This document shows positions 24,529-33,406 of a stretch of 64,000 bases of DNA, one piece after another. Source of the DNA: Anaerolineae bacterium. Its GTDB lineage: Bacteria > Chloroflexota > Anaerolineae > VGOG01. The first letter of the stretch is position 1, and each line of letters opens with the position of its first letter. The notes under the pieces are model-generated. The model worked only from the letters and a program-made list of their open reading frames with translations, was not told the origin of the DNA and ran no database searches. The position numbers and the translations under genes were made by a program. The stretch is from the NCBI GenBank assembly GCA_034431315.1, contig DAOUDK010000004.1, positions 15,975 to 79,974 on the forward strand, written 5' to 3'.

Positions 24529-25530
24529 ATGCACAGAGAGCTGAAAAGTGCGGTTTTTGCCGTTTTGCTCATCGCCGCCAGCTATTACTTCGGCAGCGTC
24601 TGTGAGCGGATCGGTCAGGGATACGGGCTGATTCTCTCCCCGTCTGGCGAGACTCTGGACCTCGCTCTACGGCTTCTTCTGGCCATGGGGGCGGTTGCCA
24701 TAACAGCCGGCCTGGTCGCGGCCCTGGTTCGCCCCCGCTGGGCCTGCTTTCTCATCTTCGCTCTCTCGGCCCTGGCGATGCTGCTGGGTTGGGAGCTGAA
24801 GGCCAGCGGCGGCGTGCTGACGGCCGTGTACTTCATCGCCTCGCTCATCTATGTCGAAAGAATCGCCGGGGAGCTCGATGATCGCTTGCACTTCTCCGTG
24901 AGACCCATCTCCCAGAGCCAGTCCATCTTGCTTATGACGCTCATCATTGTGGCGTGCGGAAGCTTCTATTTTGGCTACGCAGCTGAGATCGAAAGGGAGG
25001 GTTTCTCGATTCCACCTGCCCTCGTCGAGATGGTTGTGGAAAGGATGGAGAAAGAGGCCATTAGACTCCTACCGGCAGATGTGGGGGAAGCTGCCATGGC
25101 CGGATTCAGAGACCAGTTTGAACGGGTATTGGATGAAATGGAGAAAGAGGTCAGTAAACGCCTGCCGGCAGCTCAGGCGGAAGCCCTCATGGCTGAATTC
25201 AGGCACCAGCTTGAGCGGGTACTGGATGAAATGGAGAAAGAGGCCGGTGAACACCTGCAGGCAGTCGAGAGGGAAGCTATCATAGCCAGATTCAGAGAGC
25301 AGTTTGAAAGGACACTGGTGGAGTTTGTGGAAAACGCGATAAGACCCTACGAGCGATGGATACCGCTCGTCTTCGCCATCAGCCTGTTCACGCTCTTGGC
25401 GACCATCACCCGCCTTCTCTCCTGGATACCCGTTCTGGCCTTGATGGTCATCTTTCCCCTCTTGACCGCCCTGGGCGTGACCAGGGTGGTAGCAGAAACA
25501 GGCTTGATCAGAAGGCTGACCCTTGGTTAG
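24529..25530 (+). CDS. Multi-pass membrane protein with three 31-aa helical repeats
   Basis: About five N-terminal TMs, charged repeats (FRDQFERVLDEMEKE-like), C-terminal TMs. Confidence 0.75.
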   Translation: MHRELKSAVFAVLLIAASYYFGSVCERIGQGYGLILSPSGETLDLALRLLLAMGAVAITAGLVAALVRPRWACFLIFALSALAMLLGWELKASGGVLTAVYFIASLIYVERIAGELDDRLHFSVRPISQSQSILLMTLIIVACGSFYFGYAAEIEREGFSIPPALVEMVVERMEKEAIRLLPADVGEAAMAGFRDQFERVLDEMEKEVSKRLPAAQAEALMAEFRHQLERVLDEMEKEAGEHLQAVEREAIIARFREQFERTLVEFVENAIRPYERWIPLVFAISLFTLLATITRLLSWIPVLALMVIFPLLTALGVTRVVAETGLIRRLTLG

Positions 25531-25545
25531 GGCGTTGGTCTCACT

Positions 25546-25581
25546 AAAGAGGGCTCGGGAATTACCTGAGCCCTCTTTTTT
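25546..25581 (+). terminator. Intrinsic terminator
   Basis: AAAGAGGGCTC / GAGCCCTCTTT stem followed by a T run. Confidence 0.8.
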
Positions 25582-25591
25582 GTTCCAAAAT

Positions 25592-25709
25592 GGGTCTTTG
25601 GGAGTTGGCGTGGTTAGCGAGCCGGAGTCCCCAACTTGTTGGGGGTTGCCACGCCACACCCCCAACAAGTTGGGAACTCCAACACCGTGGCCCTGCGAAA
25701 TCCCAAAGA
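25592..25709. repeat. MITE-like element with TCTTTGGGA termini and CCCCAACTTGTTGGGG hairpins, copy 1
   Basis: 25592-25682 aligns with 32706-32799; outer inverted repeat TCTTTGGGA/TCCCAAAGA. Confidence 0.85.
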
Positions 25710-25876
25710 GCCTCCAAAATGAAAGGACTAGGGTTGACCAGACCCTAGTCCCAGTTTGGAGGTTAGCAAAATTTTCTTTTTTGTGTTTTGCTGATCTTAT
25801 TATAGCATACGGGCGTCAATGTACCGTCAGTCGGGCGTCAGAGGAACAACGAACTGGGAGGATTTAACGGACCAAT

Positions 25877-27907
25877 TTATGGAGCATGGCCTTTCAGTTC
25901 TCCTCGGACGGTCTGATAGAGCTCCTCGGCCTTGAGCGCCTGCAAGGTGTAGCAGGGAGCGCCCAGGGCATCGGCCAGGTGCTGGGCCAGGCCATGATCG
26001 AACGAGGAGTGTTCCATGTTGATGACCGCCGAGCGGATGTTGCCGCGCTTGATGAGGTCGGCGACTTTGAGCCCTTCTTCCTGAGCTGTGAGGTCGGTCA
26101 TGGAGACGTTGCCCGCGCCGTCGGTCAGGAGGATCATCAAGGGCATCACCTCGGGGTTGCGGCGAAGCTCTCTCTGGCACACGCGATAGGCCAGGAGTAG
26201 CCCACTGGACAGCGGGGTCTTGCCGCCTACGGGGATGTCCTGAAGGGCTTTCTGGGCTAACTCCACGCTGGAGGTGGGGGGCAGGACTAACCTGGCTTCG
26301 TCTTTTTGGAAGACCACGAGTCCCACCTGGTCCCGGCGCTGGTAGGCGTCGTTGAGGAGAGACATGATGGCCCCTTTGGTGGCCACCATGCGCTCTGCAG
26401 CGGCCATGGACCAACTGGCGTCAACTACGAAGAGGATGAGGTTGGCCGCTCGCCGCACTCGCACCTTGCGCTGCAAATCCTCATCGGCGATGGCCAGGGC
26501 CAGATTGCCGCGCTGGCGGTGGATTTGGTGAGGGGCGGCATATCGAAAAGTTGCGTCGAAGGCGATGTCGTCGCTCTGCCCTTTGGCCGGCCGGCTTTGG
26601 ATGTAGCGCCCTCGCTTGCGTTCGGTCCTGGTGAAACTGCGCTTGCCCGCACTGTTCCTGGTCAGTCGGTCCAGTGGGGTCTCCACGCGCCTGGGCTTGA
26701 ACACCGGGCCTATGGACGCGGGCATGTCCGCCTGCCGGATGTAGGACAGGGGCACGGGATCCGCCTGGTGGCCCTTGAGCGGAGTCGTCATGTTGGTCTC
26801 ACCGACTGGGGTAGTTGAGGTTTCGGGTTTCGAGTTTTGGGTTTCGAGTAGGGAGGCCGTGTCTTGGTGGGCCAACTCTGTGGTTACCTGGGCCAGCTTT
26901 TCCTTCAGGTCATGGAGCTCTAGCTCCGCCTCTTCCTGGAAAGGCTGTCTCTTCAGGCGATGGGGTAGGGCCAGCTCGGCCGCTGCCAGGATATCGGTTT
27001 CGTTGATCCGACGTCGCCCGGCGAAGGCGGCGTGGGCCAGGGCCGTCTTGAGGATGACGATGTCCGCCCGGTGCCCGTCCACCGACAGACTCGCCATTAG
27101 CTCGGTGATGGCCAGCAGATCCCTCGGGGCATATCGGACCTCGGGCAAAAGCTCCCTGGCCTGGGCGATCTCGCGCGAGAGTTGCTCCTCGTGAGGTTCC
27201 CATTCCTCCCGAAAGCCTTCAGGGTCTTGTTCAAATTGGACGCAGCGCTCCAGAATCTCCACCCGGGCTCTGGTATCGGCGATGCCTTTGATCTCCACGC
27301 ACAGGGAGAAGCGGTCCAATAGTTGCGGACGTAGCTCCCCTTCTTCGGGGTTCATGGTGCCCACCAGGATGAAGCGGGCGGGGTGGGAGAAGGAGATGCC
27401 TTCTCGTTCCACCACGTTCACGCCCATCGCCGCCGAGTCCAGCAGCAGGTCAACCACGTGGTCATCGAGCAGATTGACCTCGTCTACATAAAGCAAGCCG
27501 CGGTTGGCAGCGGCGAGCACCCCTGGCTCGAAGTGGCGCTCGCCGCGCTTGATGGCTAACTCGATGTCCAGGGTGCCCACCACCCGGTCCTCGGTGGCGC
27601 TGACAGGCAAGTCCACAAAGCGAGTTCGGCGACAAGCTACGGGTAGCTCTTCACCGCGCTCGACTCGCTCACGGCAGTCATCGCAGAGGGTCTCAAGCTG
27701 CTCAGGATTGCAGTTGAAAAGACAATCGGCCACCACCTCGATCTCTGGCAACAGGGCGGCCAGGGCCCGGGCTGCGGTGGACTTGGCCGTGCCCCGCTCT
27801 CCGCGGATCAACACTCCGCCGATCTGGGGGCTGATGGCGTTCAGGATGAGGGCCATCTTCATCTTCTCTTGGCTGACGATGGCTGTGAAGGGGAAAATAG
27901 TTGGCAT
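25877..27907 (-). CDS. Mg/Co-chelatase-like AAA+ ATPase fused to a vWA domain (BchI/BchD-like)
   Basis: Walker A GERGTAKST, LYVDEVNLL, GTMNPEEG, RPQLLDRF, MIDAS DASWSM. Confidence 0.9.
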   Translation of the reverse strand: MPTIFPFTAIVSQEKMKMALILNAISPQIGGVLIRGERGTAKSTAARALAALLPEIEVVADCLFNCNPEQLETLCDDCRERVERGEELPVACRRTRFVDLPVSATEDRVVGTLDIELAIKRGERHFEPGVLAAANRGLLYVDEVNLLDDHVVDLLLDSAAMGVNVVEREGISFSHPARFILVGTMNPEEGELRPQLLDRFSLCVEIKGIADTRARVEILERCVQFEQDPEGFREEWEPHEEQLSREIAQARELLPEVRYAPRDLLAITELMASLSVDGHRADIVILKTALAHAAFAGRRRINETDILAAAELALPHRLKRQPFQEEAELELHDLKEKLAQVTTELAHQDTASLLETQNSKPETSTTPVGETNMTTPLKGHQADPVPLSYIRQADMPASIGPVFKPRRVETPLDRLTRNSAGKRSFTRTERKRGRYIQSRPAKGQSDDIAFDATFRYAAPHQIHRQRGNLALAIADEDLQRKVRVRRAANLILFVVDASWSMAAAERMVATKGAIMSLLNDAYQRRDQVGLVVFQKDEARLVLPPTSSVELAQKALQDIPVGGKTPLSSGLLLAYRVCQRELRRNPEVMPLMILLTDGAGNVSMTDLTAQEEGLKVADLIKRGNIRSAVINMEHSSFDHGLAQHLADALGAPCYTLQALKAEELYQTVRGELKGHAP

Positions 27908-28032
27908 GTCAACTCCGGTTCACTTCGTGGTACTTTGGATACAGCGCTGTAGATTATACCTCATCTTTGCAAAAAAGAAAAGCTTCGGTGTCTGTTCAAA
28001 ACTACTTGCTGGAACTGCTTCTCGCCTATGCC

Positions 28033-28108
28033 GAAACACTACAACGGCGTCGGAAAAGAGCGGATTGAGAGAAAAGAGTCCGTTCCTTTCCAAATCCGTT
28101 GTTGTGTT
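28033..28108. repeat. Empty palindromic element matching the GxxExxY cassette ends
   Basis: The left arm starts with the same 14 nt (GAAACACTACAACG) as 2233. The reverse complement of the right arm matches the 2233 repeat at 26/30. Confidence 0.85.
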
Positions 28109-28156
28109 GTGTGGCGGCCACCTCTGCAACCAGGTAGCCTTAGCACGAATCTAACA

Positions 28157-28702
28157 TCAAGCAGCTCGAAGCAGAGCCCAGCCTTGCTTCGCCAGCTCGA
28201 CGAGCCCTCGCATCCCCCGAACCTGATAGACGGGAATGGCAGGGTTCATGCCGTAGAGGGGATGCTTGGGGTAAAGCTCCATGATTTGGCGCGCTGCCTC
28301 CTCAGGCGAGAGGCTCTGGCGCTCTGGGGCGTCCCAGCCAGAGGGATCCTCCAGGCCAAGCTCGGTCATCACCTGGGCGGCGGTAGTGAAGGCCACGTAT
28401 TCCTGCTCAAACGAATCCGAGATGTATTTCTGCTCTATGTGCGTAGCCTCGTGAGCCAGACTGTTTATGAGCCAGGGTTTGTTATTGAGCGAGCTCTTGC
28501 CGATGACGACGAGCCTCAGCAAGTTGATGCTCATCGCGCTGCTGCCCAGCTTGCCCGTGGGATCGAGGATATAGCGCGCCCTCCGCCGGGCGGAAGATTC
28601 GGCCAGCCGGCTGCCGGTGGCCGTGCTCATCATTTCCTCGAACGCTTCCTGCAATTGCGACGGCACGCGCCGCTCAACGAATTCCTGGAGTGTCATTGTC
28701 AT
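28157..28702 (-). CDS. Hypothetical protein with a HExxH zincin motif
   Basis: SLAHEATHIEQ followed by a downstream Glu (FEQEY). Confidence 0.6.
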   Translation of the reverse strand: MTMTLQEFVERRVPSQLQEAFEEMMSTATGSRLAESSARRRARYILDPTGKLGSSAMSINLLRLVVIGKSSLNNKPWLINSLAHEATHIEQKYISDSFEQEYVAFTTAAQVMTELGLEDPSGWDAPERQSLSPEEAARQIMELYPKHPLYGMNPAIPVYQVRGMRGLVELAKQGWALLRAA

Positions 28703-28703
28703 C

Positions 28704-29285
28704 TCAGCTACCTCTTATCATCTCGACCACGAAATCATGGGCGATGGCCCGAAACTCCCCCCAGTCCCGCCAGTCTTCCTCCACAGCTCGCAAGCTATCA
28801 GCTACCGCCGCCAACTCCGCCACCGACACCTGGCGGAATGATAGGATGCGCTCTTCCTCATCCTGAGGTATTAGCTCTCCCTCTCCTCCCCTCACCAGGA
28901 AGATATAAGAGACGAAGGGTAGCGTCTTTTCTTCGCAGCGAATCTCGTATTCGAGGAGGCCCAGGAGGCGTTCCACTTCTATCTCCAGCCCCATCTCCTC
29001 TCGAACTTCTCGATGCAGCGCGCTCAAGACGCTCTCCCCCCAACTCACCCCGCCGCTGGGCAGGCGATAGACGTCTGGGGGATAGATGGCCTTGGTGTGC
29101 AGGATCAGCCCGCCGGGTCGTTTGACGACGAATATCACTTCGCCGCGTCTGTCGGCCAACGCTCTTCGCCAGTACTCGCAACGTTCCCCACGCCGCTCCA
29201 GAGAATAGCTGCGTCGTTCGATGGGGCCGTATCGTCTGGCCAGCTCCTCAATCTCTTGTGGATTGATCAGGTTTTCGATGTCCAT
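28704..29285 (-). CDS. NUDIX hydrolase
   Basis: Nudix box GGVSWGESVLSALHREVREEMG. Confidence 0.88.
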   Translation of the reverse strand: MDIENLINPQEIEELARRYGPIERRSYSLERRGERCEYWRRALADRRGEVIFVVKRPGGLILHTKAIYPPDVYRLPSGGVSWGESVLSALHREVREEMGLEIEVERLLGLLEYEIRCEEKTLPFVSYIFLVRGGEGELIPQDEEERILSFRQVSVAELAAVADSLRAVEEDWRDWGEFRAIAHDFVVEMIRGS

Positions 29286-29300
29286 TCTACTGCCTTGCTC

Positions 29301-29350
29301 CCGTCGGATCGCCAGATCCGACGGCCTGGCAGCGGGATCTGGCGATCTCG
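29301..29350. repeat. Double hairpin with GCCA/TGGC loops (same family as 11887 and 37481)
   Basis: CCGTCGGATC-GCCA-GATCCGACGG, then GGGATC-TGGC-GATCTC. Confidence 0.75.
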
Positions 29351-29383
29351 CCGGAGCAGAGGATCTTCCACAGATGCGCCTCG

Positions 29384-31768
29384 TTAGCGTTGACTGAGCA
29401 CCATCACAAAATGGGCCACTGCTTGGCCGGCTTCTTCCAACAGCTTGGAATCCAGGTGATCTAGCGTGTCGGCGGGTGTGCCGGAGAGGTCGTCTCCCGG
29501 CCGAGTGACCGCCAGGGCCTGGTAGGACTTGTGGGCCGACGGCTCACTCAAACTCAGGCGGCTGCTGCTGGAGATAAAGAAGAATCGCCATTCGTCCAGC
29601 TTCTCTGTGCGCACCCCGAAACGCCGTGCGCCCTGGTCGAAGGCGCGGGCCAAGCCGGACCCTGCTTCCAACCTGGCCAGGCGCGGTTCGCCCGCTCCCA
29701 GCCCGTGGAGGATCACTGCCGTCCAGACGTCTGACCGTTCGGTCGGCAGGGCGGGAGAGTTGACGAACTGACTTCCTCCCCCTTCGTCAAAAGCCGCAAA
29801 GACCACCGTCCGCTTGGGCACCAACTCCAGGTCGTGCAGCAGCCGGGCCGTCTCCAGCATCACGGAGACCCCACTGGCGTTCTCATCCGCGCCGGGGTAG
29901 ATCACCCCATCTTGCGGAGGCGGCCCGGTGTAGGTAGCGGCCACAAGGATACGCTCTCCCCGACTTTCCATGTCCAGACCGGGGATGTAGCCGACGACAT
30001 TGAGCGCCGGTACCTCCTCGTAGACCAGGCCATACGTCAGCCGCACCCGCAGACCGGTGGGCAGCATAATCTGCTCCCCCGTCTTCATCGCCGCCTGGAG
30101 TTCCTCCAGATCCACCCCTGCCTGCGCCAGCAGTTGGCGGGCGGCGGATTCGCCGATGAGGAGGTTGGGGAAGGGGGGCAACTGGGTTACGCTCAAGTAG
30201 CTGTCGTGGTCGAAGGGGGGAGGCCGATCGTTGCGCGCCAGTCGGTCATCTGGGACCAGTCGCAGCACCGCCGCATAGAGTGAGTGCATACCACTAACGC
30301 TTATAGGAATGTATGGCAGGTCTTCCTCCGGGTCGAGCAGCAATATAACACCCCCTCCGAATATCACGTCACGGTCTATGTTCCCCTGCACCCTCAGTTC
30401 CGCCTCCGTGATTCCCTCTGCGTGGAAGGCCTGCCAGGGGTCGAGGGAGATGCCGCCGGTAAGCCGCAGTTGCGGTTCCCCGCCCACGTCCAGCACTTCC
30501 AGGGTCGGCGCGGCGGTGACCCGACCACGGATGGCAGTGTAGGTCTGGAAATAGCTATTATCGGTCGTGCCGGGGCTCAATCCCGGCATGGTGGTCAATC
30601 CCGCCTGCTCGAACTGGGAGACGATATAGTCAGCAGCCCTGGCTGCACCAGTCCCGCCGGTGGGCCGCCCCTCCAACTCAGGTTGGGTGAGGTAGGCGAT
30701 GTCGTCCCAGGCCCGGTCCACGTCGAACTGGCCGGCCAGTTGGGCGAACTGGGCTTCGATGCCGGCGTTTTGCAGGAGAGCGCGAGCGCCCAGGAGGAGC
30801 AGCGCGACTACCATGAGAAAGCGGATCACCGACCAGCCGCTGGGGTGGAACCGCCCCCGCTCAATGAACCGCTGCAGGCCATAACCGAACAGGTTGAAGC
30901 CCAGGATGGCGACGAAGAAGGCCAGGGCCGGGGCCATGGGAAACCAGGGGTACGAGCGGAACCAACGCCAGGAGGAGCCCAGCATCGCCCCCCAGTCGGG
31001 CACATCGAAGTAGTGCAGTACCTCCCACGTCGCCTCGTCGAAGACGGTGCGCCCACCGCCGATGAAGATGTGGACGAAGCCCAGTTCCCCCAGCAGGAGC
31101 AGCGCGGCCCCCATCTCCAGCGCCGCCAGTGCCAGGAGGGTCGGCAGGAGGTTGGGCAGGACGTGGCGGCTGAGGATGCTGGCTGAGTTGAGCCCCACTG
31201 CCCGCGCGGCCATGATGTAGAGTTTGTTGCGGATGGTCAGGACGTGGCCTCGCACGATCTGGGCGACCTCCCCCCAGCCGACCAGCGAGAGGGCCACGAT
31301 GAAGGCAGCCTGCCCCCGACGGACGCCGATGGCGGAGACCACCAGCATGGCCAGGATCAGGCCTGGGATGGCTGCCAGGAGCTCGGTGACGGCGGCTACG
31401 GCTCGATCAAAGAGGCTGCCCGGCCACCAGCCAGCGAAGGCGCCGAGCACCAGCCCCAGCAGCAGCCGCACGACGGTGGCCACGAAGGCCATGACCAGGG
31501 TAACTCTGGCTCCGTAGAGGAGAAGGGAAAGCTGACACCGCCCCTGGTCGTCCGTCCCCAACGGGTAGAGGTCGCTGGGAGGGAAGGGTGCTTTGTGCAG
31601 TTCCCCATCAATCCACTGCAAGCGCTCCACCAGGTAGGGGTTGTGGGGAGCCAACTCCGGCCCCAGAACGGCTACCAGGACGAGGAGGATGACTAACACG
31701 GTGCCCACGACAAAGTAGTAGTCCCGCACTGCCCGGCCCAGCCGCTGCCAGAAGGTTATGGGTTTCAT
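29384..31768 (-). CDS. OppC/DppC-type permease fused to a PA-containing, degenerate M28 peptidase domain
   Basis: LGTDDQGR, EAA-like loop (YIMAARAVG), RHVLPN, PDWGAML; then RAWDDIAYL..LEGRPTG and PGADENASG, with other Zn ligands replaced. Confidence 0.85.
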   Translation of the reverse strand: MKPITFWQRLGRAVRDYYFVVGTVLVILLVLVAVLGPELAPHNPYLVERLQWIDGELHKAPFPPSDLYPLGTDDQGRCQLSLLLYGARVTLVMAFVATVVRLLLGLVLGAFAGWWPGSLFDRAVAAVTELLAAIPGLILAMLVVSAIGVRRGQAAFIVALSLVGWGEVAQIVRGHVLTIRNKLYIMAARAVGLNSASILSRHVLPNLLPTLLALAALEMGAALLLLGELGFVHIFIGGGRTVFDEATWEVLHYFDVPDWGAMLGSSWRWFRSYPWFPMAPALAFFVAILGFNLFGYGLQRFIERGRFHPSGWSVIRFLMVVALLLLGARALLQNAGIEAQFAQLAGQFDVDRAWDDIAYLTQPELEGRPTGGTGAARAADYIVSQFEQAGLTTMPGLSPGTTDNSYFQTYTAIRGRVTAAPTLEVLDVGGEPQLRLTGGISLDPWQAFHAEGITEAELRVQGNIDRDVIFGGGVILLLDPEEDLPYIPISVSGMHSLYAAVLRLVPDDRLARNDRPPPFDHDSYLSVTQLPPFPNLLIGESAARQLLAQAGVDLEELQAAMKTGEQIMLPTGLRVRLTYGLVYEEVPALNVVGYIPGLDMESRGERILVAATYTGPPPQDGVIYPGADENASGVSVMLETARLLHDLELVPKRTVVFAAFDEGGGSQFVNSPALPTERSDVWTAVILHGLGAGEPRLARLEAGSGLARAFDQGARRFGVRTEKLDEWRFFFISSSSRLSLSEPSAHKSYQALAVTRPGDDLSGTPADTLDHLDSKLLEEAGQAVAHFVMVLSQR

Positions 31769-32682
31769 ACTGCACCCACCTCCGAGGCTCGCAGCCGGGG
31801 ATCCACCAGCGGATAGAGGATCTCCAGCAACAGGTTAACCAGGACGAAGAGAAGGATGAGGGGCAGGGTCATGCCGATCACTGCGGTAGTATCTTGGGTC
31901 TCAATGCTCTTCAGGAGACGCAGGCCGATCCCTGGCCAATTGAAAATGTATTCGACGATAGGGAGGGCAGCCAGGCTGAAGCGAAGGGAGACCCCCACAG
32001 TGGTCAGGATGGGCACCCCCGCGTTGCGCAGCACGTGTCGCAGGAGGATCAGGCGGGGAATCAGTCCTTTGGCGGTGGCGGTGCGGATGTAGTCGGACTC
32101 CAAAATCTCCACCAGGGCGTTGTAACTGAGGCGTGTCACGGCAGCGGCGGGGCGGGCCGCCAGCACCAGGCTGGGCAGGAGCAAGTGCAGGTCCCACCCA
32201 AAGCCGGAGATGGGGATAATGTGCCTGCTGGTGGTCTGGTACAGCCAGACGCCGAGCCAGATCAGCAGCATGGCGGCGAAGAAACTGGGAGTAGAGGTGC
32301 CCAGCACTGAGACGAAGAGCAGCAGCTCGGAGAAACGCCTGGCTCGCCGGAAGGCAGCGGCAATCCCCAGGCTGAGGCCCACCAGCGCCGCCAGCGTCAG
32401 CGCGAAGGCCAACAGACCCAGGGACTTTGGTAGAGCGCGGCCCAGATCAGTGGTTACAGGCGTGCTGGCGATGGCGCGGCGGCCGGACGCGATGACTCCC
32501 AGGTCACCACGGGCCAGGCTCTTCAGGTAATCAGCAGTGAACCCTGCGGCGGAAGGGACGGCTGATGGCAACGCTTGCAGGTTCCCCTCCTGCCCCAGGT
32601 TTATGGCCAGTGCTACCAGGAAGACCAGAGCGATCAAGAGTATGGGTATAGAAAGGAGCCGTCCGGCGAAGCGCAAAGGCAT
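31765..32682 (-). CDS. OppB/DppB-type permease
   Basis: DYIRTATAKGL, RHVLRNA, VEYIFNWPGIG. Confidence 0.88.
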   Translation of the reverse strand: MPLRFAGRLLSIPILLIALVFLVALAINLGQEGNLQALPSAVPSAAGFTADYLKSLARGDLGVIASGRRAIASTPVTTDLGRALPKSLGLLAFALTLAALVGLSLGIAAAFRRARRFSELLLFVSVLGTSTPSFFAAMLLIWLGVWLYQTTSRHIIPISGFGWDLHLLLPSLVLAARPAAAVTRLSYNALVEILESDYIRTATAKGLIPRLILLRHVLRNAGVPILTTVGVSLRFSLAALPIVEYIFNWPGIGLRLLKSIETQDTTAVIGMTLPLILLFVLVNLLLEILYPLVDPRLRASEVGAV

Positions 32683-32705
32683 ATTAACTCCTCCTTAAGT
32701 AGTGA

Positions 32706-32799
32706 GGGTCTTTGGGAATTGGCGTGAATAGCAGGCCGGAATCCCCAACTTGTTGGGGTTTGTCGCGCCGCCCCCCCCTCAACAAGTTGGGGACTCCAA
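32706..32799. repeat. TCTTTGGGA / CCCCAACTTGTTGGGG element, copy 2 (right end missing)
   Basis: Aligns with 25592-25682. Confidence 0.85.
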
Positions 32800-32807
32800 G
32801 GCGTACT

Positions 32808-33341
32808 TCATTCCCTGGTTACGGTCCCCTCACTCCATTGGCTGACGAATTCCTGATCGGAGATGGAGCCGCTGGCCCATGCCTCCAGGCTGGCCCAGTC
32901 AATGACGATCACTCTGAGCCCTACTTCGCCCTCTCCGCCAGGCATAACAGCCAGGCGCATTCCGCCGGTGATGGGAGGCTGCACCCTGGCCATGGCCCGG
33001 GCCGCAGCCAGGGCGATAAGTGTTGTCTGGGCCTGAAATACGCTGCCGTCAACGTCGTAGGAGCTTGAGTAGCGAATGGACGCCGACCGTGGCTCCCCCC
33101 TTACGGTGATCCTCAACGTATCGGGGACTACTCCGCGAGCAGTTGCCTCCTCTTTAATCAGCGCTATGGCCTCGGCGTCTGTCAGAGGGCCGGGGCTAAG
33201 AGTAGGCGTCCGGGTGGGGGCAGACGTTGGAGTGATGGTCGGAGGCGGGGCGCTCGTGGGGGGCGGCGAGGGGGCCTGGCAGCCCATGCCCAGCCAGCCA
33301 AGGAGGCAGAAAACGACGCCGACGGCAGCAATGTGCTTCAT
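32808..33341 (-). CDS. Lipoprotein of unknown function
   Basis: MKHIAAVGVVFCLLGWLGMGC lipobox, then a Pro/Thr linker and a globular domain. Confidence 0.7.
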   Translation of the reverse strand: MKHIAAVGVVFCLLGWLGMGCQAPSPPPTSAPPPTITPTSAPTRTPTLSPGPLTDAEAIALIKEEATARGVVPDTLRITVRGEPRSASIRYSSSYDVDGSVFQAQTTLIALAAARAMARVQPPITGGMRLAVMPGGEGEVGLRVIVIDWASLEAWASGSISDQEFVSQWSEGTVTRE

Positions 33342-33406
33342 AAATCCGTGCCTGTTTTGAGTTTCGCGTTGCAATTTGACTCGCAACCCCAAGCTCGAAA
33401 CGCGAA

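Noticed and set aside
25877-27907. Evidence for phototrophy (bchD/bchI)
   Set aside because: No other bacteriochlorophyll genes are in the window, and this architecture also occurs in non-phototrophs.
28028-29125. 365-aa plus-strand ORF and the many other long shadow ORFs
   Set aside because: They lie antisense to motif-bearing genes; long open antisense frames are expected at high GC.
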